From Candidatus Poribacteria bacterium (GTDB taxonomy: Bacteria > Poribacteria > WGA-4E > WGA-3G), in the NCBI GenBank assembly GCA_965242965.1, contig OZ251518.1, forward strand, positions 3,936,001-4,000,000: a stretch of DNA of 64,000 nt, in the 5' to 3' direction. The notes below the pieces were generated by a model. That model had not been told where the DNA came from. It worked only from the letters and a program-made list of their open reading frames with translations, and did not search any database. Positions 28,895-39,597 of the stretch are shown piece by piece. Each line of letters begins with the position of its first letter. Position 1 is the stretch's first letter. The translations under genes were made by a program, and so were the position numbers.

Positions 28895-29986
28895 ATGGCA
28901 AAGAAACCAGAACAAGGCACCCCTCAGCCCATCCAAGAAGCCGCAGCCGCTTATCAACTGTCGACGACGGTGTCGCTCATTGACAAGGCGATAGCCGAGG
29001 CAGAAACACTGCAACAGGCCGGTAAACCAGCGGACGCAGTTGAAAAGTGGCGCGCCATTGCAAACATCGTTGAAGGCACCGGCGACGCACTCGCCGCGCA
29101 CGCATGGTTCCAAGCCGGCACGTTGCTCGCCGCACAAGCACTTGATAGAAGTCCAGCACCCGCAACGCGTTACTCCCACGAGGCACTCGCCGCTTACAAT
29201 AACGCCATTCGCCTTGATGCAGCTCAGGCGGAGGTTTATCTCCAGCGCGCCAAGGCGAAGATTGCCCTAGGACACTATGATGCAGCCCTTGCCGACGTGG
29301 AGAAGCAGCTGTGTATAGAGCCTGCATCCGCATCCGCATACACCGTCCGTGGCGTGGCGCAGTTCTGCCTCAGCCAGCACGATGCCGCTTTCGCCGATTT
29401 TGCGGCGGCACTACGGTTAGACCCGGGATGTGCAGACGCATACGCCGCACGCGGGATAGTGAAAAGCAGACTGGGAGAATATAAAGCCGCATTGGTGGAT
29501 TTTGACGCAGCCATCCATCTCCTGCCAGAGGTGCCAACTGACGCTAGAGCTGCCCATAAACATTACGCCGCTAAAGGGCTTGCAGCGGACTTGCGGCACC
29601 GCTTAGCCCACGTCTATCACAATCGCGCTTATGCCAAGGCGTTCCTCGGGCAACGGCAAGCCGCACTGGCTGACTACGATGCAGCGATTCGGCTGAGCCC
29701 GAAGTGCGCGGCGAGTTACACCAATCGCGGCGAACTCAAATATTCGTTGGGACAGTTTGAAGCTGCACTAGCGGACTTTGAAGCCGCCATTCTCGCCGAT
29801 GCAGAATTCGCGCAACCCTACACCGAAAGGGCCCGCGAAAAACTCCGCTGGGGACGCGATGCAGACGCAAAAGCGGATTTGGAAATTGCGCTGAAACTGG
29901 CACACGCAGCCGGTGATGAGACACACCAAGGCTACGTTGAATCCTTGCTTGAGGATATTAACGAATCGGAGGGAGCGGATAACTGA
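28895..29986 (+). CDS. Tetratricopeptide repeat protein
   Basis: Repeated AY.NRG.AK..LG.Y..ALADFD.AI.L.P units. Confidence 0.88.
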   Translation: MAKKPEQGTPQPIQEAAAAYQLSTTVSLIDKAIAEAETLQQAGKPADAVEKWRAIANIVEGTGDALAAHAWFQAGTLLAAQALDRSPAPATRYSHEALAAYNNAIRLDAAQAEVYLQRAKAKIALGHYDAALADVEKQLCIEPASASAYTVRGVAQFCLSQHDAAFADFAAALRLDPGCADAYAARGIVKSRLGEYKAALVDFDAAIHLLPEVPTDARAAHKHYAAKGLAADLRHRLAHVYHNRAYAKAFLGQRQAALADYDAAIRLSPKCAASYTNRGELKYSLGQFEAALADFEAAILADAEFAQPYTERAREKLRWGRDADAKADLEIALKLAHAAGDETHQGYVESLLEDINESEGADN

Positions 29987-30492
29987 TGTTTCAATCCATC
30001 TTGGTGCCACCAAAGGTTAGCCCACGTGTCATTTGGCCACACGAAGCACGGGATTTCACACCATGGTTAGCAGTGAACTTGTCGGCTATCGCTGTTCCGC
30101 TGAACATGGAACTTGAATTTGAAGCCCGAGAGAAAAACGTTGAAGGATTCCGCGCTGATTTGGTATGCCGCAACCCAAGGGACAATTCACGAATCGTGAT
30201 CGAAAACCAACTCTATAAATCCGACCATTCGCACCTCGGCCAGGTTCTCACGTACGCGGCAAATCTTCAAGCGGGTACCCTCGTTTGGGTCTCGACAGAA
30301 CTGAGAAGAGCACACCGTGTAACTCTGGACTGGCATAACGAAATCACTGATGCACAGGTTAGATTCTTTGGTTTGGAATTCCAGACACACGGTGATGACA
30401 GTTCTGGCTATACAGTGCAGTTCGAGGTTATCGCCAAACCGATGGACTGGGAGTCCCCAACTGGAATCGTTCCCTATCAAATCCGCCGATGA
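29986..30492 (+). CDS. PD-(D/E)XK / NucS-like nuclease domain (N-terminal domain type of DUF4268-associated proteins)
   Basis: WPHEARDFTPWL, FRADLV, VIENQL..SDHSHLGQVLTYAA; start overlaps the TPR stop (TGATG). Confidence 0.7.
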   Translation: MFQSILVPPKVSPRVIWPHEARDFTPWLAVNLSAIAVPLNMELEFEAREKNVEGFRADLVCRNPRDNSRIVIENQLYKSDHSHLGQVLTYAANLQAGTLVWVSTELRRAHRVTLDWHNEITDAQVRFFGLEFQTHGDDSSGYTVQFEVIAKPMDWESPTGIVPYQIRR

Positions 30493-30534
30493 ACCAAACC
30501 CCGTTCACTTGTTGAGAGAGAGGAGAAAACCGTA

Positions 30535-31377
30535 ATGAAACTCGGATATAGCACGTGGGGGATGCCTACAGTCCCAATAGACACCGCCATCCACCACATC
30601 GCACAACTCGGATACGACGGTATTGAATTAACCATCATCCCGCGGTTCACGACAGAACTCAGCACGCTGGATGCCGCCGAACGGAAACGCATCGCCGCGC
30701 TGCTGAAACAGCACAACTTGGCACTCCCCGCAATCGCCGCGCATTCTAGTTTGCTTGAAACGGACGCAGCGGCACACGAACGAAATATGTGGCGGTTAAA
30801 GGGCGGCGTTGACTTAGCTGTAGAACTCGCGCAAGGCGAGGAACTCCCCGCTGTCAATACCACTCCCGGCGGCAAACCAGAGCAGTGGGATACCCAGAAA
30901 AACTTCCTCGCCGAACGGGTAGGCGAACTTGTCAACTACGCAGCGGAACGCGGTGTAACCATCGCTATGGAACCGCACATCGGCGCGATTATTGATACAC
31001 CCGCCAAAGTGCTAGAATTGTTGGAGATAGTCAATTCGCCCTATCTCAAAGTGAATTTTGACATCAGCCACTTTGACATCGTCGGGATGCCAACGGAAGA
31101 GACTGTCGCCGCATTGGCGGCAGTATCCGCGCACACGCACGTGAAGGACCAGCGTGGCATCGCACCTGACTTTGAGTTCCTCATCCCCGGCGAGGGAACG
31201 TTCGATTACGTCGGCTACCTCAAGGCGATGCAGGCGCACGGCTACGATGGGTTTATCACCGCCGAAGTCAGTTTCATGGTGCAGGCTCGCGAAAACTATA
31301 ACCCACTCGCCGCAGCAACGCTGTCTTATGAGACGCTGTCTCGCGCTTTCACAGAAGCCGGCATTGAGAGGAAATAA
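30535..31377 (+). CDS. Sugar phosphate isomerase/epimerase (xylose-isomerase-like TIM barrel)
   Basis: GYDGIEL, AMEPH, NFDISH, HTHVKD, PGEG, GYDGFITAE. Confidence 0.9.
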   Translation: MKLGYSTWGMPTVPIDTAIHHIAQLGYDGIELTIIPRFTTELSTLDAAERKRIAALLKQHNLALPAIAAHSSLLETDAAAHERNMWRLKGGVDLAVELAQGEELPAVNTTPGGKPEQWDTQKNFLAERVGELVNYAAERGVTIAMEPHIGAIIDTPAKVLELLEIVNSPYLKVNFDISHFDIVGMPTEETVAALAAVSAHTHVKDQRGIAPDFEFLIPGEGTFDYVGYLKAMQAHGYDGFITAEVSFMVQARENYNPLAAATLSYETLSRAFTEAGIERK

Positions 31378-31379
31378 CG

Positions 31380-32756
31380 ATGAAACCGAACATCCTCCTA
31401 CTTATGACGGACCAGCAACGGTGGGATGCAATGGGATGTAGCGGCGACTGGGTGCAAACCCCGAACTTGGACAGGATTGCAAGCGAAGGCGTGCGGTTCA
31501 CGAATTGCGTTACCACATCGCCTGTCTGCATCCCGACGCGACTCAGTTTGGCGACTGGGTTATATCCGCATAACACCGGTGTTTGGAACAACATGCACCA
31601 CCAGATGTCTGCGGAAACGCCGACGTGGATGCAGGCGGTGCGCGATGCCGGCTACCGCACCAGTCTTTTCGGCAAAACGCATCTGCATCCGCACAGCGGC
31701 GATTTGCGCGAACGCGAAGAACTAATGAACGCCTACGGCTTGGACGACGTGGACGAAATCGGCGGACCGCGGGCGAGCGCGAATGTCCTCTCGCACATGA
31801 CTGCGGCGTGGCAAGCGAAAGGGTTATGGGATACCTACCGCGCCGATTATCGCGAACGCTTCAGCAACAAACCGCATGTCGTGCGCCCCTCGGTGCTGCC
31901 GCTAGAAGACTATGCCGATGTCTACGTCGGACAACAGGCGAAGGGGTATCTTGAACGGTATGACAGAGATGAACCGTGGTGCTGCTGGGTGAGTTTCGGC
32001 GGCCCGCATGAGCCGTGGGATACGCCGGAACCTTACGCTAGCATGTATGAACCGGCGGACATGCCCCCGGCGATACCGCGTCCGGAAACAGGAGAACGCC
32101 CGCGCGGACACCTTGACAGGCTCATGGAACGGGTTAACCCGAATTTTGACGAAGGCGAAATCGGAAGGTTGCGCGCCAATTACGCCGGCAACGTCACACT
32201 CATTGACGCGCAGATTGGCGAAATCCTTGACGTAATTCAGGCGCGCGGCGAACTTGAAAACACCGTCATCGTCCACTGCTCAGACCACGGTGAGATGAAC
32301 GGTGACTATGGACTTATTTACAAGAGCAACTTCCTCAACGGCGCGGTACGCATTCCGCTGTTGGTGCGCACGCCTGATGCAGTGAAGGGTGCCGTATGCG
32401 ATAGCCCGGTGGAATGGACAGACATCGGGCCAACGCTCGTTGAACTCGCAGGTGGTGAATTGAAGCATCGCCAATTCGGTAAATCGCTTTGCCCAGTTTT
32501 AGTGCAGCCCGCGTCAATGCACCGAGATTTCGCCATCTCTGAAATAGAAGGCGAAATTATGCTGCTCAATCGGCAATGGAAAATCGCTCTCAATGCAAAC
32601 GGCGAGGCGTATCTCTTATTTGACGTGCAAAACGATGCTGAAGAGACACAGAATCTCGCCGGCCGCCCTGAGATTGCGGACGTGGAGACGGAGTTGCGTC
32701 TGCAGATTCTGGAGAGGCTCATTGAGACGCAACTCCGACATCCATTGCCAAAGTAG
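31380..32756 (+). CDS. Cys-type sulfatase (choline-sulfatase-like)
   Basis: PNILLLMTDQQR, CIPTR (CxPxR), GKTH, PHEP, SDHGE. Confidence 0.93.
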   Translation: MKPNILLLMTDQQRWDAMGCSGDWVQTPNLDRIASEGVRFTNCVTTSPVCIPTRLSLATGLYPHNTGVWNNMHHQMSAETPTWMQAVRDAGYRTSLFGKTHLHPHSGDLREREELMNAYGLDDVDEIGGPRASANVLSHMTAAWQAKGLWDTYRADYRERFSNKPHVVRPSVLPLEDYADVYVGQQAKGYLERYDRDEPWCCWVSFGGPHEPWDTPEPYASMYEPADMPPAIPRPETGERPRGHLDRLMERVNPNFDEGEIGRLRANYAGNVTLIDAQIGEILDVIQARGELENTVIVHCSDHGEMNGDYGLIYKSNFLNGAVRIPLLVRTPDAVKGAVCDSPVEWTDIGPTLVELAGGELKHRQFGKSLCPVLVQPASMHRDFAISEIEGEIMLLNRQWKIALNANGEAYLLFDVQNDAEETQNLAGRPEIADVETELRLQILERLIETQLRHPLPK

Positions 32757-32785
32757 GCGCGCTTTGGAAGCACGCTTCCTCGCGT

Positions 32786-34801
32786 CTAGTTTGATGCAGG
32801 CTTAATCCGGTAAACGGTGCCCTCATGGCAGATGATGAGGCTCTTTCCCTCCGCTAGATACGGAGCCAATACGGGGAACTGATCGGTGAGTTCAAAATAC
32901 TCGTTGCTATGGAACTCAATGTCCTCAACATCCGCGCCGGTGTAGCGGTGGTATTCCGTATCCACCCACCAATCGCCATCAAGATGAAACGTCTTGCGTC
33001 CAATCCGTCTCACCGTGTCAAGTTTTGGTGCTGCGGAACGCATATATTGGCTTGCCGCGGCGTGTTTGCTCGCCTTCACCCGCTGTTGATAATCGTCAGT
33101 TGCCTCATACGCCACGGTGCGTTCCATGAAGCGATGCCGGCCCGCAAGGACAGAATCGGCAGAAACCGTTCGCGACAGATACGGGGTGACAATCCCATAA
33201 TCTTCGCCGATGCGGATGAGTTCGTCGGAGAGTTCTTTGTTCGCACCGTGCAGAATCAATTGATTCTCCAAGTAAGCGACTCGCTGCTGCGCCCACAGCC
33301 GCGGTAGGAACTCCTGCTCGCTTTGAACCGCGGGGAACTGCGCCGTTTTGACGAATTCGTGCTTTTCTCCATCAATCTCGCCAGTTAGCTTCAGCTGCAC
33401 CTGCTGCGCGGCATCCCCGGCGGCTTCATAGCGGCCAAGCACCGTCACTTCGGAGCCGCGGAACATGTCAGGGAGCTCGCTCGGGTAGACGTTATTCGTG
33501 CGGATACCCGCCATCTCCAAGCCGAGATTGACAAGGACCGGTTCGTTAATATTGGCAAAGAACGTGGACAATGTCTGCTCAAGGTTTTCGTGCGGTTCCA
33601 CATACACCCGAGTGCCGCCGTTTTGCTCCGCCAGATTATCCAGCAGCTCCGTGTTAACCCGGTAACCAACGCCGAACACAAAGATACGCGCGTTCCTCTT
33701 GTTCTTTTTAGCAACGTTCTTGAGGATATGCGCCGTGCGAATCTCACCCGCAGTCTGGTGTCCATCGGTGAGGAAGATGAGGATACGCGGCCGTTTGGCA
33801 TCCGGCGCATCCGCCAGCGCGGTGAGCAGTGCATCATTGATGTTCGTCATGCCGCGCCCTTCAATGTGATTGATGAAGGCGAGGGCATTTTCGCGTTGTT
33901 GCGCCACGGGGACGAGGTTATCCGAAAACGCCTCAATCTCGTCGTCAAAGCGGATGAGATTGAACCTGTCTCCATCGTTGAGATTGCGCATGCAAAAGCG
34001 GAGTGCCTCTTTCGCTTGCGCGATTTTCTTCCCCCTCATGCTCCCAGACCGGTCCAAGACGAAGATAAAATCTTTCTCGATAATCGCGGTTTGGTTCACC
34101 TCGTATCTCGGCGTGAAGGTGAGCATGAAATAGCCATCTTCCTTCCGGTCCTCCCGGTGCGTGTAGAGCTCAATGCCGAACTCTTCATCGGAAACCGAGT
34201 AATAAAACTCGAAATCCCTATCCACGGCAATGGCATCCGTCTCTGTGTAGCTGACGCGTGCCCGATGCTCATCCTTGCGGGTAATCGCCACCTCGTGTGA
34301 GGGGGAATAGAGCGATTTGAGCGGATGGTTGTTCTTCAATTCTATAGAAACAGCCAAACTTCCCACAGGTTGCTCGGTTTTGAGAGGGCACAGATATTTC
34401 GTGCGCTCGCCGGTCTGCTTCAGAATTTGCGCGTAGTGGAGTTGGACGCGGCGCGTGTCACCCGATGGAATCGGCGACAACTGCGCGTAAAAAAGGTCGC
34501 GTCCGACGTATGCCATCAATGTCTCATCGCCTGAGGTGCGGACAATCCTGCGGAAAACACGTTGCGCATCGGCTTGCGACAGCCGTTCGGCATTAACAAC
34601 CGAGCCATCAACGCGTAGCGTGACATCGGATACCTCGGCACCGGCAGGAATCGGGAAAATATAGGTGCCTTCCACCGGAACATCGTTCGGGTTAGTAAAC
34701 ACCTGGTCTGCCTGGGTTATTGCGAGTCGGTTCTGAATTGAAACGTTCACATGGTGACGTTCAATGGCGAACCGCTCAAATTGCGCGGGGACAATAAGCA
34801 T
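32786..34801 (-). CDS. VIT + von Willebrand factor A domain protein
   Basis: QVFTNP..VEGTYIFPIP VIT domain; MIDAS DRSGSM, G.TNI, LTDG; RLWA; GIVTPY. Confidence 0.9.
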   Translation of the reverse strand: MLIVPAQFERFAIERHHVNVSIQNRLAITQADQVFTNPNDVPVEGTYIFPIPAGAEVSDVTLRVDGSVVNAERLSQADAQRVFRRIVRTSGDETLMAYVGRDLFYAQLSPIPSGDTRRVQLHYAQILKQTGERTKYLCPLKTEQPVGSLAVSIELKNNHPLKSLYSPSHEVAITRKDEHRARVSYTETDAIAVDRDFEFYYSVSDEEFGIELYTHREDRKEDGYFMLTFTPRYEVNQTAIIEKDFIFVLDRSGSMRGKKIAQAKEALRFCMRNLNDGDRFNLIRFDDEIEAFSDNLVPVAQQRENALAFINHIEGRGMTNINDALLTALADAPDAKRPRILIFLTDGHQTAGEIRTAHILKNVAKKNKRNARIFVFGVGYRVNTELLDNLAEQNGGTRVYVEPHENLEQTLSTFFANINEPVLVNLGLEMAGIRTNNVYPSELPDMFRGSEVTVLGRYEAAGDAAQQVQLKLTGEIDGEKHEFVKTAQFPAVQSEQEFLPRLWAQQRVAYLENQLILHGANKELSDELIRIGEDYGIVTPYLSRTVSADSVLAGRHRFMERTVAYEATDDYQQRVKASKHAAASQYMRSAAPKLDTVRRIGRKTFHLDGDWWVDTEYHRYTGADVEDIEFHSNEYFELTDQFPVLAPYLAEGKSLIICHEGTVYRIKPASN

Positions 34802-35006
34802 GGTTACCTCGCTTTTTGGTAAGTTATGGGGTGGCTATAATATCCACCCCGTTATTCGGAGGGACGCATTCGTTTCAGCGTCTGTCCACCTATTTAGTTT
34901 CAGATGAGGGAGTATGCACACCTGTCATGCGCTAGGCGGGTTGACACCTGTTACAACGCGCGGTGTCCACCGATGATATAGAACCTTGCGTAGGCCCTCT
35001 ATTAAC

Positions 35007-35036
35007 AGTATACCATAAGCGCATCGGCTTTGTCAA
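35007..35036 (-). promoter_or_regulatory. sigma70-type promoter for the VIT-VWA gene
   Basis: TTGACA-18 nt-TATACT on the minus strand. Confidence 0.6.
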
Positions 35037-35064
35037 GGTAAAATGCTTTTTTTTCAGAATAATT

Positions 35065-35760
35065 GAGGGTGTTTCATAAATCGCTCAACGTCGCGGTGAT
35101 GGCCCGCGCGATAGGGTCAAAAAAAGGGAAGTGTCAGTAGGCGCACCGGGTCTCGATACATGCCGGTAGGAGAGACCTCCCGGTCTTGATGCTACACTCT
35201 AACCCTTATTAAGGTCCTACGGACCTTGATAGGGTGAAGCACATTTTTCTATAGACATTCAGGTCCGTAGGACCTAAAAGAGCCTGTCCACCGCGAGCTT
35301 CCGGTAGACCGCAGCATGGCGAGGGACAGGCCCTCGCCCTACGGTGACGGGGGCGTTCTGCGAAGAAAATGTCCCGTTACCGTAGCGCGGGGGACAGGCC
35401 CCCGCGCATTTTTTGTGGTATTCCTGCATGGCGAGGGACAGGTTTTCCCACCGTCCTACGGTGAAAGGATGCCGTTTTTCTGCGTAGCGTGGGCCTGTCC
35501 TTCACGAATTTCCATGGTATTCCGGCATGGCGAGGGACAGGCCCTCGCCCTACGGTGAAGGAATGCCGTTTTTTCCGTAGTGCGAGGGCCTGTCCCTCGC
35601 GTTGTCCATCGTCAAGGTGCCGTCAGGTCCTTAAGAATGGAAAACACGGGGCGCGTCAAAGGAGGAGTCGAGACCAGGAGGTCTCTCCTACGGTATTGCA
35701 TCGAGAGCGAGGAAGTCTCTCCTACGGGGAGGCATTGAGAACGAGGCAGTCTCTCCTGCC
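35065..35760. repeat. REP cluster beginning with the GAGGGTGTTTCATA terminal motif
   Basis: Perfect terminal motif at 35065-35078, followed by several REP families. Confidence 0.85.
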
Positions 35761-35785
35761 GGGCAGAACAGAATCCCTCTCATGG

Positions 35786-36538
35786 CTAATGCTGCAGCGT
35801 TTGCGAGATGAAAAGTTTCGTGCGCTCACTTTGCGGGTTATCGAAGAAATCTGTAGGCGGCGCATCCTCTATAATCACACCCTCATCGAAGAAGAGCACC
35901 CGGTCGGCGACTTCACGGGCGAATCCCATCTCGTGTGTCACAACCAGCATCGTCATGCCGGAACGCGCGAGCTCCCGCATCACGTCGAGAACCTCCGAGA
36001 TCATCTCCGGGTCCAACGCGCTCGTCGGTTCGTCAAATAGCATGATTTTCGGCTCCATCGCCAAGGCACGCGCGATGGCGACGCGTTGCTGCTGTCCGCC
36101 GGATATCTCCGCAGGGAATTTATGCGCCTGCTCTTTGATATCCACCCGGTCCAGTAACGCGAGTGCCATCTCTTCCGCCTCACTTTTCGGCATTTTTTTC
36201 ACGCGGATCGGACCTAACGTGATGTTCTGCAAGTTCGTCAGGTGCGGAAATAGGTTGAACTGTTGGAACACCATGCCGACTTCGCGACGGATGAGATCGA
36301 TGTTCCGAAGATCATTGGTAAGTTCAATGCCATCGACAATAATCCTACCGCGTTGATGTTCCTCCAATCGGTTAATCGTCCGGATAAAGGTAGATTTCCC
36401 GGAACCCGAAGGACCGCAAATAACAGCGCGCTCCCCTTTTTGGAACGAAGTGGTGATGCCTTTGAGGACATGGAAATCGTCAAACCATTTGTGCACATCC
36501 TCACAGGCGATAATCGGTTCTCTGTTTTCGGTTGACAT
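35786..36538 (-). CDS. aapP: General L-amino acid ABC transporter ATP-binding protein
   Basis: [47 protein letters not shown]. Confidence 0.93.
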   Translation of the reverse strand: MSTENREPIIACEDVHKWFDDFHVLKGITTSFQKGERAVICGPSGSGKSTFIRTINRLEEHQRGRIIVDGIELTNDLRNIDLIRREVGMVFQQFNLFPHLTNLQNITLGPIRVKKMPKSEAEEMALALLDRVDIKEQAHKFPAEISGGQQQRVAIARALAMEPKIMLFDEPTSALDPEMISEVLDVMRELARSGMTMLVVTHEMGFAREVADRVLFFDEGVIIEDAPPTDFFDNPQSERTKLFISQTLQH

Positions 36539-36553
36539 GATGAAATTCCTCTT

Positions 36554-36613
36554 CCCTCTCCATTTTCGTATGGCCCTCTCCATTTTCGTATGGCCCTCTC
36601 CATTTTCGGATGG
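36554..36613. repeat. 20-bp tandem repeat x3
   Basis: ccctctccattttcg(t/g)atgg at 36554, 36574 and 36594. Confidence 0.9.
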
Positions 36614-36653
36614 CGAAGGGCTGTCCCTCAACGTGCCGTCGGGACAAAAAAAC

Positions 36654-37856
36654 TTAGTCGGTATCCACTCCCAGCGCGGCTTCGATGCGCCGGCTGATAT
36701 AGGACATCGCATAACAGAAGATGAAATAGATGCTAGCCGCAAAGAGATATATCTCTGCTTGGAGTCCCAGCCAATCCGGGTTCGCCATCACGCTTCGGGC
36801 GATGCCAAGTAGATCGAGCAGCCCGATGATAGTCACGAGTGAGGTGTCTTTAAAGAGCGCGATGAACTGCCCGACGATTGCAGGGATGACAGAGCGAAGT
36901 GCCTGCGGCAGGACGATATACTGCATCGTCTTTCGATAGTTGAGTCCGACGGCTTGCGCGGCTTCATACTGTCCTCTGGGGATGGATTGCAGTCCGCCTC
37001 GCACATTCTCAGCCATGTAGGCTGCGGAGAAAAACGTTATGCCCATCATCGCGCGTAAGACTTTGTCCAACTCAATGTCGGGCAGAAAAATCGGGATGAT
37101 GAGGTTTGCCATGAATAAGATAGTGATGAGCGGCACGCCGCGGATTGTCTCAATGTAGACGGTAGATGCCCACTTAATTGCGGGCAGCCTGCTGCGTCTG
37201 CCGATTGCCAGAAGCACGCCGAGTGGGAAGCAAAGCACGATGCCGACGACTGCCAAAATGAGCGTCAGCAGGAGGCCGCCCCAGTTCGTCGTCGGCACCG
37301 CTGTCTCTCCGAACCCGTGGAGCGTTATCATCATCACAGGAAAGGAGAGGAGCCAGCCGCCCAAAATCCAATGGCGCGTTCGGCTGCCGAGGTTCCCCGG
37401 CTTCGTAAAATGAATGAGCGCGAATGCGGCCGCTATCAGTGCCGCGCATCCGAGAAATCCGGCGCGGGTGCTGAACTTAAAGGGGAGCACGGCGAGGAAT
37501 AGCAGCACGCATGCAATGCCGACGGCGACTCTGAACGTCAAACCTCTCCAGACACCGGCACTGATGCCTACTAGCGCGCTCAAAAGCGTGAGGATACACC
37601 ACACGCGCCATATCTCCGTCCTCGGATAGGTGCCGACGGTAAACAGTTGCAGGTTCGCGGGGATAACCTGCCAATTCGCCTCGGTGAATACCCAAGTCAA
37701 AATGCCTTTGAGCGCGAGGTATAAGAAGACGATTGCCAAGCAGGTGAGGAGTGTGTTGAACCACGTGCTGAAGAGGTTCTCCTTCATCCACGGCACTACG
37801 CCTTTAGTGGCGGGCGGTTTGAGTGTTTCGTCAGTCGCAATGCGTTTGGTTAGCAT
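36654..37856 (-). CDS. aapM: General L-amino acid ABC transporter permease
   Basis: [41 protein letters not shown]. Confidence 0.92.
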   Translation of the reverse strand: MLTKRIATDETLKPPATKGVVPWMKENLFSTWFNTLLTCLAIVFLYLALKGILTWVFTEANWQVIPANLQLFTVGTYPRTEIWRVWCILTLLSALVGISAGVWRGLTFRVAVGIACVLLFLAVLPFKFSTRAGFLGCAALIAAAFALIHFTKPGNLGSRTRHWILGGWLLSFPVMMITLHGFGETAVPTTNWGGLLLTLILAVVGIVLCFPLGVLLAIGRRSRLPAIKWASTVYIETIRGVPLITILFMANLIIPIFLPDIELDKVLRAMMGITFFSAAYMAENVRGGLQSIPRGQYEAAQAVGLNYRKTMQYIVLPQALRSVIPAIVGQFIALFKDTSLVTIIGLLDLLGIARSVMANPDWLGLQAEIYLFAASIYFIFCYAMSYISRRIEAALGVDTD

Positions 37857-38010
37857 GGTGAATCTGATAACGTCTTTCTGCGTATATCCTGTTTGTCTAT
37901 AAACATTGCACTCCTAAATAGTGTAGCGTGCTTACGCGAGCGACGCACTCCTCGTTTAGGCGTGATGGTTTTCAAAGCATGGCACTTTTGGCACTTTTCT
38001 TTTTGTCAGA

Positions 38011-39216
38011 TTAGCGTCCGGTGCGGTTAATGTGAAGCCGTTGGTTATACCAATTCATCGCGGCGGATGTGGTTAAACTCATGATGAGGTAACTCGCCAT
38101 GATTAGCCCGAAAACCGGGATGGATTGTCCGGTTTGATTCATCATCGTCTCGCCGATGCTAAACAGATCGGGGAAACCGACAGCAATCGCCAAACTAGAG
38201 TTTTTCGCCAGATTCAGGTACTGACTCGTAACCGGGGGAATAATGATAGGTATCGCCTGCGGGAGGACGACGAGCCGCAGCGTCTGTGCCTCGTTCAATC
38301 CGACGGATTTTGCGGCTTCGCGCTGCCCTTTGGCGACAGCCTGTATCCCGGCTCTGACAATTTCCGCAATGAAGGCACCGGTATATACCACGAGCCCTAT
38401 CAGCAGCGCGGCGAATTCAGCGGAGAGACTTATCCCACCCTCGAAATTGAAACGTTGCAGAACCGGCAAGTCCAAAGTCAACGGCGCAGGCCGCGTCAGA
38501 AACCATCCGAGAACAGCAACGGCGAGGAAGACAGGGAGTGCCCACTTGGCACGGAAGCCGGGGAGTTCCATCTGTTGCAGTTGCCGCCACCGCACGATGT
38601 AGAGGATAACGGCTAGGCTCAGCCCGACGAGCAGGAAAATACTCCACATCTTCATCCCGGCTGTCGGTTGCGGCGCGGGCAGATAGATACCGCGCTGGTT
38701 AATGAACACGCCGCCGAAAAATTCAATGCTCTCCCGAACCCTCGGTAATTTGCGAATGAGCGCATACCAGAACAGAATCTGCAGCAGCAGCGGGATATTC
38801 CGAAAACATTCAACATACGCAGCAGCGATGTTGCTAATCAGCCAATTTTTAGAGAGGCGCGTGACACCGATGAAGAGCCCCAAAAACGTCGCGCAGGCAA
38901 TCCCAATAAGGCTCACCTTTAAAGTGTTGACGACACCCACCCAAAACGCTCTCATATAACTATCGGCGGGGGTATATCTGATGCCTTCGGAAATGGCGAA
39001 GCCTGCCTCATTTTGGAGAAAATTATCTTCGTCCCAAAACGCCACCTCCAGCGTAACTCCCAGTTTATCAAGTCCTCTCAGCATGTTCGTATAGAGCACT
39101 GCCGCTAACAGGACAATTCCGACTAGAAAAAGCACCTGAAACAGCACGCGCAGCACGCGAACATCCCGCCAGAAAGGGATTTTCTGTTCGGCGTTCCCGT
39201 TTTTTGTTTCGTCCAT
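38011..39216 (-). CDS. aapQ: General L-amino acid ABC transporter permease
   Basis: AGFAISE, FRNIPLLLQ, FIAEIVRAGI, YLNLAKNSSLA. Confidence 0.92.
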   Translation of the reverse strand: MDETKNGNAEQKIPFWRDVRVLRVLFQVLFLVGIVLLAAVLYTNMLRGLDKLGVTLEVAFWDEDNFLQNEAGFAISEGIRYTPADSYMRAFWVGVVNTLKVSLIGIACATFLGLFIGVTRLSKNWLISNIAAAYVECFRNIPLLLQILFWYALIRKLPRVRESIEFFGGVFINQRGIYLPAPQPTAGMKMWSIFLLVGLSLAVILYIVRWRQLQQMELPGFRAKWALPVFLAVAVLGWFLTRPAPLTLDLPVLQRFNFEGGISLSAEFAALLIGLVVYTGAFIAEIVRAGIQAVAKGQREAAKSVGLNEAQTLRLVVLPQAIPIIIPPVTSQYLNLAKNSSLAIAVGFPDLFSIGETMMNQTGQSIPVFGLIMASYLIMSLTTSAAMNWYNQRLHINRTGR

Positions 39217-39234
39217 AGTTTTTCTGTTTCCCCG

Positions 39235-39585
39235 GTAGGCGAGACCTCCCGGTCTCGAATTCTTCTAGTCGATGCGCCGTCCCGGTCTCGATGCAACCGA
39301 TGCCCCCGTAGGCGAGACCTCCTGGTCTCGATGCGAATGATGTCCCCGTAGGCGAGACCTCCCGGTCTCGATGCACACCCGTAGGAGAGCCTTCCTCCTA
39401 TAGTTTGCAAGCGTCTAATCACAACCAGTTCAGGAGCAGGTGCTCCTGAACTACAGGCGGCGCGCACTCTAACCCTGTAGTTCGGGTGCGCCTGCACCCG
39501 AACGGGGCAAGAGCGGGCATGCCTTACCTCATCGAGACCAGGAGGTCTCTCCTACCGGCAATAGCGCGGGGGCCTGTCCCCGCTA
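39235..39585. repeat. REP cluster inside the aap operon
   Basis: Several GTAGGCGAGACCTCCCGGTCTCG units; GTAGTTCGGGTGC-gcct-GCACCCGAA. Confidence 0.85.
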
Positions 39586-39597
39586 GGAAATATGTCC

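Noticed and set aside
35786-36742. Extended N-termini from the ORF track (aapP 36742, ogt 45081, murB 53128, R-M 58420, floA 1560/2718, amidase 4912)
   Set aside because: The extensions overlap neighbouring genes or repeats; downstream ATGs fit RBS position and family N-termini better.
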